Shown piece by piece: positions 29,956-37,362 of a stretch of 64,000 bases of DNA (position 1 is its first letter; every line of letters begins with the position of its first letter). A program made the translations under genes and the position numbers. The notes under the pieces were generated by a model. That model made no database searches. It saw nothing but the letters and a program-made list of their open reading frames with translations, and had not been told where the DNA came from. The stretch comes from a bacterium (GTDB lineage Bacteria; Patescibacteriota; Minisyncoccia; Phycocordibacterales; UBA12445), in NCBI GenBank assembly GCA_030648005.1, contig JAUSIP010000001.1, positions 6,662 to 70,661 of the forward strand. Direction: 5' to 3'.

Positions 29956-30102
29956 AATTTTATCCTTGTTTTGTAACGCTGAAAAATTGACGGTGTGGTG
30001 GAGTTGGAACTTAAGTTAGCTTAGGTTGACTGTGTTCATATATAAATGTTAGTTTAGATGTGGACTGTTTTTGGATAATTGACAATCATCGGAGGTCAAG
30101 TG

Positions 30103-30543
30103 ATGACACATCACGATGAAGTTTTAGACCGGAAGAAAAGCATGAAAAAGCTGCTTGATGATGCTCATGAAGACACAATGCTATTGCCAGATTATGTCAA
30201 ATCTGCGGAAGTCAAGGCTATAGATCCTACTCAATATTTGCGGAGGCGACGCTATATCAATGGGGTCTATGGCGTTAAGAGGTTGATTAGGGAGGCCCCC
30301 AAGCTCGGCCAAGATATCTCTGTAATAGTTCTTGAGTTGGGCGACTTCTACATTTCGAACCACGGCTTCAATCCTGAGACAGATGAATGTAACGGTAATG
30401 TTGTGCTACAAGGTGATGCAGAGAAGATCTATGACTGGTGCTTAGAGAGAAATCTTGGCCCAAAGATTGTCTATTCAAAGGGTGGTAGACCGGAACTCTT
30501 GTTTGTGGGCGTTAGTCAGTTCGTGATAGTTATAACTTGGTAA
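30103..30543 (+). CDS. Hypothetical protein (ORFan cassette)
   Basis: GGAGG SD before the ATG at 30103; terminator GCCGTCA-TAT-TGACGGC-T6 at ~30571-30593. Confidence 0.65.
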   Translation: MTHHDEVLDRKKSMKKLLDDAHEDTMLLPDYVKSAEVKAIDPTQYLRRRRYINGVYGVKRLIREAPKLGQDISVIVLELGDFYISNHGFNPETDECNGNVVLQGDAEKIYDWCLERNLGPKIVYSKGGRPELLFVGVSQFVIVITW

Positions 30544-30689
30544 CAACTCTAAGTGTTAATTCTATATTCGGCCGTCATATTGACGGCTTTTTATTTTTCT
30601 GCCCAAGCGGATAGGTTTGGTATATAGGGAATCACAAGAGACTTCATTAATTCAGTTCTAACATCATCCACCAGAGTGCACCAAACAAA

Positions 30690-30739
30690 AAAAACTCGAA
30701 GTGAGTCTTCCTATACAGGAAGACTCACTTCGAGTTTTT
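30690..30739. repeat. 50-bp palindrome, copy 1
   Basis: AAAAACTCGAAGTGAGTCTTCCT-ATAC-AGGAAGACTCACTTCGAGTTTTT; differs by one base from 44118-44167. Confidence 0.9.
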
Positions 30740-30746
30740 GGGACTT

Positions 30747-31055
30747 TTATCTTTGATTCAATGAGTCAAGCTGTTTAAGAATATCTACGGCTCCGGGAGT
30801 TTTGCTAAGATCCGGTATAGAGCTGGCCTTCTTCTGAATATCACTCAGGGTGGAGCCGGCCTGGCTATACAAATTAAGTAGCAGATTGAAATATGGCTGG
30901 ATGTAATAGTAAGTTCCAACAAATGAGCCGATTATAAGACCCCAGTAAATAAATTTAAAAACCTTATTTACCCTTGCAGACCTCTGTATCCCGCGGAGAA
31001 TCTTATTGTTCTCACGGGTTAGTTCTAATAATTCTCCGAGCTGTTTATCTTCCAT
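30747..31055 (-). CDS. Hypothetical single-TM protein
   Basis: LELTRENNKILR followed by a TM segment. Confidence 0.75.
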   Translation of the reverse strand: MEDKQLGELLELTRENNKILRGIQRSARVNKVFKFIYWGLIIGSFVGTYYYIQPYFNLLLNLYSQAGSTLSDIQKKASSIPDLSKTPGAVDILKQLDSLNQR

Positions 31056-31115
31056 TAATTATATAATAACAAAAAAAGACCCCGGGGACAATCCCGGGGC
31101 CACAACCTCGCATGC

Positions 31116-31445
31116 TTAGCTAGCTACTCCTTTGACTACTTCGACCTCAGCCTTTTTTCTGCTCGATGCTCTCTTGCCACCAGATAAGATACCGGCACCA
31201 AGTACAAAACCGAAGTTATACCAACCACCATTGTTATGAACCTCATACAGACACACATCACTCGAGAAAAGCGAAATGATCCATGTGATCGGCGCGATTA
31301 TTCCGTGCTACAGACCGAGCCAGAACCCAGCAATATTTCCGTCCGAAGCTGGAACATTCACCGTAGTATTTGGACCGGGGGTACAACCAGTCAGAAGCAG
31401 TACCCCACCCAAGAACAATAGACCGAGCAAGTGTGTTTTCCTCAT
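31116..31445 (-). pseudogene. Lipoprotein/membrane protein gene with an in-frame TAG at codon 46
   Basis: Manual translation MRKTHLLGLLFLGGVLLLTGC...AGFWLGL*HGIIAPITWIISLF...YEVHNNGGWYNFGFVLG...VAS-stop; lipobox LTGC; SD and terminator intact. Confidence 0.75.
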
Positions 31446-31520
31446 TGTTCCATCCTTCGAGTTAGAAACGTACACGATCTAGAGAATAGAGTATCATTTA
31501 TATTAAATAAGTCAATAACA

Positions 31521-31630
31521 AGGAATCTCGCCCTACGGGCGCTGGTACTTTTCGCTCCGATATCCATCGGAGAACGAAAAGTCTTTCGATTCCCCGGCGC
31601 AGGCAAAGCAGTTTGCCTGCTCGGGAGCAC
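31521..31630 (-). repeat. tRNA-anchored element after tRNA-Arg
   Basis: Antisense acceptor 31622-31630; AACTGCTT hairpin 31599-31620; antisense T-arm 31585-31593; long hairpin; CGCCC-GTA-GGGCG; short GATTCCT copy. Confidence 0.8.
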
Positions 31631-31654
31631 AAAAAACCGCTCCGCTCTTGTTTG

Positions 31655-31726
31655 TGCTCCCGCGAGGAATCGAACCTCGATTTAAGGTTTAGGAAACCTC
31701 CGTCCTATCCGTTGAACGACGGGAGC
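31655..31726 (-). tRNA. tRNA-Arg(CCT)
   Basis: Anticodon arm GAGGT-TTCCTAA-ACCTT; CGAGG-TTCGATT-CCTCG. Confidence 0.93.
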
Positions 31727-31898
31727 TTGGACTTGTCTTTTATAACATCAATTAAGCTTAAAATCAAACTATTTATTAAATTTTAAAACTTGTTACAGAT
31801 TGAACGGCCGTCAGATATGTAACATTTTTGTTTTTATTATCATCCTGTTATGATGAATAATACAAAGTATAAAGTGCCGTAAGGCTCCGAGAAGCCCG

Positions 31899-32195
31899 CT
31901 AATTAGCGGGCTTCGATATTGAAATTATCCTATCATAACTATCATCTTTTGACACCTTATTGCGTCTCGTGTGTTTACACTTAATACACTTTTGCAATAT
32001 ATAAGTCTCTCCCCCATCTATCTCTATCCCTATCGGCTCCATGAGAGTCTGACAGGTGGCTAGCCTGTCTCCGGGCTCTACATCTACATGCTTGCTCCAT
32101 AAGCACTCCGGACAGTGGTTGGTGAAGCCGTTGCCAGCAACAAAAAATCCGCATTTAGCGCATTCGAAGTTTTCAATGTTGCGTATGAATGTCAT
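31899..32195 (-). CDS. RNHCP-domain zinc-binding protein
   Basis: FECAKCG, TNHCPECLWSKHVD..PGDR...C, CIKC. Confidence 0.85.
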   Translation of the reverse strand: MTFIRNIENFECAKCGFFVAGNGFTNHCPECLWSKHVDVEPGDRLATCQTLMEPIGIEIDGGETYILQKCIKCKHTRRNKVSKDDSYDRIISISKPAN

Positions 32196-32367
32196 TAGAT
32201 TTAATTCCATTATTGCCCACTATCCCACTTCGCACAAGGCTACGCGGGATCATTTTTTTATAAAAAATGAAAAAGTCTCCCGCTGAGCGAAAGACTGCTG
32301 TTGCCCCGCTTCTCGGGGACTTCGGGCAACTATGCGAGGCTTAGCCTCGCATAGTATGTATGGCTCC

Positions 32368-32823
32368 TTACAGGTGACTGCTGGTCTCGGCAGTCGGCTG
32401 TCCGACAACCCCGTCCGTAGGCATGGATATGTCGAGCACCAGGTTCTCACAGGCCTTCGTCCATTCGGGTGTTCCCTGGTGATAAGCCTCGATCTTGCCC
32501 TTCTCCATCTGCCAAGAATTGCTGGGATTCAGATCGTCGAAGTCATATTCCAGATGAGAGATCCTTAGACCACGGAAGCTATTGAATCTTACGATCCAGA
32601 GCTTGTCGTTGTATCGGACCACATCTCCCGGCTTCAGGCTTCTAACCGTCTCGCCGTTCAGCATGGTCTGATGACCCTTACGCGCCCGTTCCCGAGCCTC
32701 GTCCATCTGCTCGGCTGGAGAGCGGGTATCCTTGTTGTGGAAGACCTCGCCAACAAGAACAAGGCAAAACAAGAGATAGATCATTATATAAAGAAGCTCC
32801 CACACCTTTTGACCCAGAGACAT
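32368..32823 (-). CDS. Hypothetical membrane-anchored protein (ORFan)
   Basis: AGGAGG SD, N-terminal TM, SLKPGDVV SH3/KOW-like segment. Confidence 0.65.
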   Translation of the reverse strand: MSLGQKVWELLYIMIYLLFCLVLVGEVFHNKDTRSPAEQMDEARERARKGHQTMLNGETVRSLKPGDVVRYNDKLWIVRFNSFRGLRISHLEYDFDDLNPSNSWQMEKGKIEAYHQGTPEWTKACENLVLDISMPTDGVVGQPTAETSSHL

Positions 32824-32939
32824 AATACTTCCTCCTTGAACTAGTAACGCAATCTATGTTTTCAAACCCTCTCTAGTTTTGCATATTATAGTGTAAAAGT
32901 CAATAGCTGAAAAAACCTTGTATTCTCTAACTACTTTTG

Positions 32940-33010
32940 TGCGGCCAGGGAGAATCGAACCCCCATCTAATGCTTGGGAAGCACTCATTTTACCACTAAA
33001 CTATGGCCGC
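32940..33010 (-). tRNA. tRNA-Gly(CCC)
   Basis: Anticodon arm AGTGC-TTCCCAA-GCATT; GGTTCGATTC. Confidence 0.93.
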
Positions 33011-33028
33011 TTTTCTAAATTAAATCTC

Positions 33029-33156
33029 ATCCTTACAGGATCTGTACACCTTTTGGATATATTCTCGCACAAACTCAAATATATCTCAAAAGGTCTTGCG
33101 GCGCTAAGCGCGCCTCACCTCAGGAAGGTCGCATCCTACCACTGAACTATACCCGC
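33029..33156 (-). pseudogene. 5' half of a different tRNA-Gly (33123-33156) fused to the hairpin-GTAC-GTA module
   Basis: GCGGGTATAGTTCAGTGGTAGGATGCGACCTTCC then GAGGTGAGG...CCGCAAGACCTTTTGAG...ATATCCAAAAGGTGTAC, matching 22796-22882. Confidence 0.8.
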
Positions 33157-33163
33157 TTAAAAA

Positions 33164-33541
33164 CTATTTTGTAAAAAAATCCAGAAAACTATCCCAGTAG
33201 CTCTTATTGTCACTCACTTCAGGTTTCTTATCGCTAACCTCATCTACCACCACAAGCACCTCCTCGCCCAACTTTGTGATCTGGAATTTATTGCGGAGTT
33301 CTTCTTCTACCCCTCTTTCTGTTTTAAGCCTCTCCAGTTCTGCGATCAAGCGATCACGGTTATCCTGCAAAAGAGCTAGCTTCTTCTCCGACTCCTCCCT
33401 ATTCATCTTAGTTATCTGGTTAGTTTTGTAAATATTGTAATCGCTATTGATTAGTAAGACAACAATGATCAACAGTACTCCTATCATTATTGGAGACTGC
33501 ATATATTTCTTCCACCTTTTCTTTTCTTGTAAATCTCTCAC
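33164..33541 (-). CDS. Septum formation initiator (DivIC/FtsB-like)
   Basis: TM, coiled coil, VEEELRNKFQITKLGEEV; GTG start 6 nt after TATAAT. Confidence 0.75.
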   Translation of the reverse strand: MRDLQEKKRWKKYMQSPIMIGVLLIIVVLLINSDYNIYKTNQITKMNREESEKKLALLQDNRDRLIAELERLKTERGVEEELRNKFQITKLGEEVLVVVDEVSDKKPEVSDNKSYWDSFLDFFTK

Positions 33542-33575
33542 CAACGTATTATAGTATATGGATAATATACCCACA

Positions 33576-33686
33576 ATGTTATTTCACAAAGAAAACAAAA
33601 AGAAGATAAATCTGCTCTGGAGTATTATGTGTGTACTCCTAGCGATCAGTATGGTACTGCTCTACATCCCAGCCTTCTACCAGTAA
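33576..33686 (+). CDS. 36-aa single-TM small protein (not in the ORF track)
   Basis: MLFHKENKKKINLLWSIMCVLLAISMVLLYIPAFYQ; TAATAT 7 nt upstream of the ATG. Confidence 0.6.
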   Translation: MLFHKENKKKINLLWSIMCVLLAISMVLLYIPAFYQ

Positions 33687-33807
33687 AACCTATATACTTA
33701 GCGCATAACTTTGTCGGAGACTGCGTTTATTCCTCACTGTACTATTTGTACAGTTTCGTCATAAGCCTCGCCTCCTTCGCGTTCTGCATCTAAGTCTATC
33801 AGTTTTA
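33684..33807 (-). repeat. ~120-nt structured dispersed repeat, copy D
   Basis: TTAGCGCATAACTTTGTCG...TGTACTATTTGTACA...TTCTGCATCTAAG. Confidence 0.85.
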
Positions 33808-33820
33808 GAATTTTGGGATT

Positions 33821-35650
33821 TTAGGATTTGATAACCTTAAGGAACACCTCCTGTGGGATGTTTATTTTGCCCTTGCCCAACCTCTCCATTTTCTTCTTGC
33901 CTTTCTTCTGCTTCTCGCGAAGTTTCATTTTTCTAGTGATGTCTCCGCCGTATAAATAACCGGCCACATCCTTCTTCATACCCGACACTGAACGTGATGA
34001 GATAATACGTCCAAAGGCCTGCGCCTGTATCTTGAAATCAAACATCTGACGAGGTAGGGCAGCCTTCAATTTATCGACTATCTTCTCACACTCTTCTTCG
34101 ACTACGCGCCGAGCTACCACTTTACTAAACGAAGGGAAGAGTTCATCCCCAATCAGCACATCCACACGCACTACATCGGCCTCACGGAGACCATCTATCT
34201 GATATGAAAGCGAAGCAAACCCGGAAGAAATGCTCTTCAACTTGTCGAAGAAATTCCTCATTAATTCGCGAAGTGGCATGCTGATCTCAAGCTGATTTCT
34301 CCTATCACCGAAGACCTCAGTCGATCCAACCTCCACCTCATGTTCATAGAACATCTGCATAACCTCGCCCAAATACTCCGGTGGAGTGATTATCTTCGCC
34401 TTAACCCAGGGTTCATAAACCTTCTTCTTAACGCTGTCATCAGGAAAGAGCGACGCGGAATGAATCATCTCTTTTTTATTTACCCTGAGCTCTGTCGAAG
34501 GGCTGGTTGCTAGATATTCTACCAAGTAACTTACCGTAGGTGAAGTTATAACTAGTTCGAGATTGAACTCCCTCTTTAATCTTTCAGTGATGATTTCCAA
34601 ATGAAGCATACCCAAGAATCCGCATTTATAACCACGCCCAAGTGAAGTCGACTGATCCTCATCATAAGTCAGAGAAGAATCAGATAGTTTTAAGCGCTCC
34701 AGTGCCTGTCGTAAAAGCACGAAGTCATCCTGACTCTCCGGATAGATCGAAGCCCAGACAACAGGACGTGGCTCCATATAGCCAACCAGAGCCGGCAACT
34801 CCTTACCGACTCTGGTAATAGTGTCTCCGACCTTGTTCTGTCCGATCTTTTTTATACCTGTCACAATATATCCAATCTGACCGGGAGCAAGTTCAGCCAC
34901 AACCTTCTTCTCCGGAGCGAATATACCAACTTCAATGATCTCAAACTTTTCCTCAGATGCCACGAAGACCATGTTGTCCCCCGCCTTTATTGTGCCGTCT
35001 AAAACTCTAACAAAAACGATTATCCCTTTGTGTGCGGAATATTCAAAGTCGAAGACGAGTGCACGGGAACTTCCACTGTCCGGCATCGGTTCTTTTGGTG
35101 CGGGGATACGAGCGATTATCTCCCGTAGCAGATCCTCAACGCCAAGTCCGGTCTTACCTGAAGTCGCCATTATAGAATCTCTGTCACAATCAAGAAGTTT
35201 AACTATCTCATCTTTAACATCTTCAATCCTAGCACTCGGCAGATCAACTTTATTCAAAACAGGTATAATGGTCAGTCCAAGTTCACGCGCCATTGCTAAT
35301 ACAGTCAGAGTCTGTGCCTGAACACCCTGGGTAGCATCAACAAGAAGAAGTGCACCTTCAACAGCCTTCAGGGCCCGCGAGACCTCATAGGAGAAGTCAA
35401 CATGCCCAGGAGTATCTATTAAATTTAGGGTATAGGATATAGTGTCCAGGGTATAAGACATCATCACTGGCTGCATCTTAATAGTGATACCGCGCTCACG
35501 CTCAAGCTCCATGCTATCAAGTACTTGCTCCTTCATCTTACGATGTTCGATCGTCTTTGTAGTCTCCAACATCCTATCAGACAGAGTACTCTTGCCATGA
35601 TCTATATGGGCAATAATGGAGAAGTTCCTTATTTTATTCAAATCAGACAT
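33821..35650 (-). CDS. lepA: Elongation factor 4
   Basis: IRNFSIIAHIDHGKSTL, DTPGHVDF, GFLGMLHLEI, YGGDITRKMKL. Confidence 0.98.
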   Translation of the reverse strand: MSDLNKIRNFSIIAHIDHGKSTLSDRMLETTKTIEHRKMKEQVLDSMELERERGITIKMQPVMMSYTLDTISYTLNLIDTPGHVDFSYEVSRALKAVEGALLLVDATQGVQAQTLTVLAMARELGLTIIPVLNKVDLPSARIEDVKDEIVKLLDCDRDSIMATSGKTGLGVEDLLREIIARIPAPKEPMPDSGSSRALVFDFEYSAHKGIIVFVRVLDGTIKAGDNMVFVASEEKFEIIEVGIFAPEKKVVAELAPGQIGYIVTGIKKIGQNKVGDTITRVGKELPALVGYMEPRPVVWASIYPESQDDFVLLRQALERLKLSDSSLTYDEDQSTSLGRGYKCGFLGMLHLEIITERLKREFNLELVITSPTVSYLVEYLATSPSTELRVNKKEMIHSASLFPDDSVKKKVYEPWVKAKIITPPEYLGEVMQMFYEHEVEVGSTEVFGDRRNQLEISMPLRELMRNFFDKLKSISSGFASLSYQIDGLREADVVRVDVLIGDELFPSFSKVVARRVVEEECEKIVDKLKAALPRQMFDFKIQAQAFGRIISSRSVSGMKKDVAGYLYGGDITRKMKLREKQKKGKKKMERLGKGKINIPQEVFLKVIKS

Positions 35651-35679
35651 AAAGGTAATAATATACTAAGACGAGCCTT

Positions 35680-37362
35680 TTACAACCCTTCCGGAGAAGG
35701 AATGATTGGTCTTTTGTTTCCAAATTTTCTACTAATCATAGACGTGAACCCTCTCATCTCTTCATTTTTAATTGCTGTCAAAAACATGCACCAAACAAAT
35801 ATACCAATTAACCCTGAATAAAGTCCGTGCAAGAAGATACCCCAGAATGTTTGCAGATCTAGAAAATTATTGAAAATATGAAGAGAGAAAGATGTAATAA
35901 TCCCCAGCACAATTGAGGCGAGGAGCGATTGCAAAACTGTCTTCATTACTCTAGGCGAGAATCTTATTTTTATATCTTTCTCAAAAGTGATCCAGAGAAA
36001 TATCGCATTTATAAAAGTTCCTATTGTGAAAGCAAGTCCAAGCAAGAGGACCTCGGCACCAGGAACATCTGCGATTCTAAATACTCTGTCTACAAGCCTC
36101 TCGTATCCGGGATGCCCGGATGAAATATTTATAAAAAGATATGCGGAAATTATAATTATCAAGGAAGATGCTATTTTTATAATAACCGGCTGTTTCGTCT
36201 TGCCTGTCGCATAATAAGCACGATCGAAAAGCTGGATGATACTTTGGAAAACTACCGTCAGAGAGAACATCGCCAGAAGGGCCGCAGTAAGCCTGGTGTG
36301 ATCCCAATTAAAATTACCAGAACCAAGTATTATGCGTACGATCTGAGCGCGAAGTACAATAAAAAGAGTCACTATCGGCATTGACCAGAAGATAATATGT
36401 CGGAGCGTTTCGGACATATACGAGACGAACTCCTCTTTCTGTCCGGAGGAAAACATCTTTGACATGGTTGGGAAAGCGGCCACCGAATAGCTTATGCCTA
36501 TTAACGCCATCGGCACAGACTGAAGATTGAAAGCGAAGTTAAAAATAGATATAGAACCACTCGACATATGCGAAGCCAGGGCTGTTAGCACCATGATAGC
36601 AAGTACATTAACGCCAAGTGCCATAGTTCTAGGCAGAGATAGGCTTGAAATCTTAGATATATCTTTCTTTAAGAATTTAAAACTTATAGCCGGGAAATAA
36701 CCTTCACTTACAACAGTAGGCACTTGCACTAGGAAGTGCATCAACGCACCCAACACCACACCATATACCAAGCCATCCAACCCAAAAACCGGATAGAAGA
36801 AGATCACTCCGGATATGATCCCAATATTGTATAGGACTGGACTTAGGGCATAGATGAAGAATCTTTTATAAGATTGGGTTACCGCGCCAAAAAGATTTGA
36901 TAATCCCAAAAAAAACGGTGACAAAAGCAGTATGCGAGTCATGGTTATAAGTTTCGCCTTAGCCTGAAGATCGAACCCGGGTGCTACGAAATCCACAAGA
37001 TACGGCGTAAAGATATAAACAACAGCGCTAGTTATAGTTATAGTAAGCAAGAAGAATGTGAGGAGCGATGAGAGAAAAGATTTAACATCTTCAACAGACT
37101 CATGCTCTATCTTGTCTACCAATATTGGGATGAGTACAGTGACAGCCAAGAAAGAGCCGACGGAGACAAAAATAAGATCTGGTAGTCGGAAGGCTGCATA
37201 GTAAATATCAAGTTCACTTGAAGCGCCAAAGTGGCCAGCCAACAACCTATCGCGGAAAAGGCCTAACAGCTGTGACACTAACGATGAGAAACCAAGAAGA
37301 AAAGCGGCCTGATGCAGACCGCTAAACTCTTTATTGAAAAAATCAATAAGTTTCTGGACCAT
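35680..37362 (-). CDS. murJ: Lipid II flippase MurJ
   Basis: LGLFRDRLLA..FGA...DIYYAAFRLPD; many TM helices. Confidence 0.9.
   Translation of the reverse strand: MVQKLIDFFNKEFSGLHQAAFLLGFSSLVSQLLGLFRDRLLAGHFGASSELDIYYAAFRLPDLIFVSVGSFLAVTVLIPILVDKIEHESVEDVKSFLSSLLTFFLLTITITSAVVYIFTPYLVDFVAPGFDLQAKAKLITMTRILLLSPFFLGLSNLFGAVTQSYKRFFIYALSPVLYNIGIISGVIFFYPVFGLDGLVYGVVLGALMHFLVQVPTVVSEGYFPAISFKFLKKDISKISSLSLPRTMALGVNVLAIMVLTALASHMSSGSISIFNFAFNLQSVPMALIGISYSVAAFPTMSKMFSSGQKEEFVSYMSETLRHIIFWSMPIVTLFIVLRAQIVRIILGSGNFNWDHTRLTAALLAMFSLTVVFQSIIQLFDRAYYATGKTKQPVIIKIASSLIIIISAYLFINISSGHPGYERLVDRVFRIADVPGAEVLLLGLAFTIGTFINAIFLWITFEKDIKIRFSPRVMKTVLQSLLASIVLGIITSFSLHIFNNFLDLQTFWGIFLHGLYSGLIGIFVWCMFLTAIKNEEMRGFTSMISRKFGNKRPIIPSPEGL

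Noticed and set aside
31308-31310. Genome-wide stop-codon reassignment
   Set aside because: TAG and TGA terminate conserved genes here (e.g. rpsA and tsaD use TAG, trhO uses TGA); standard code 11 fits
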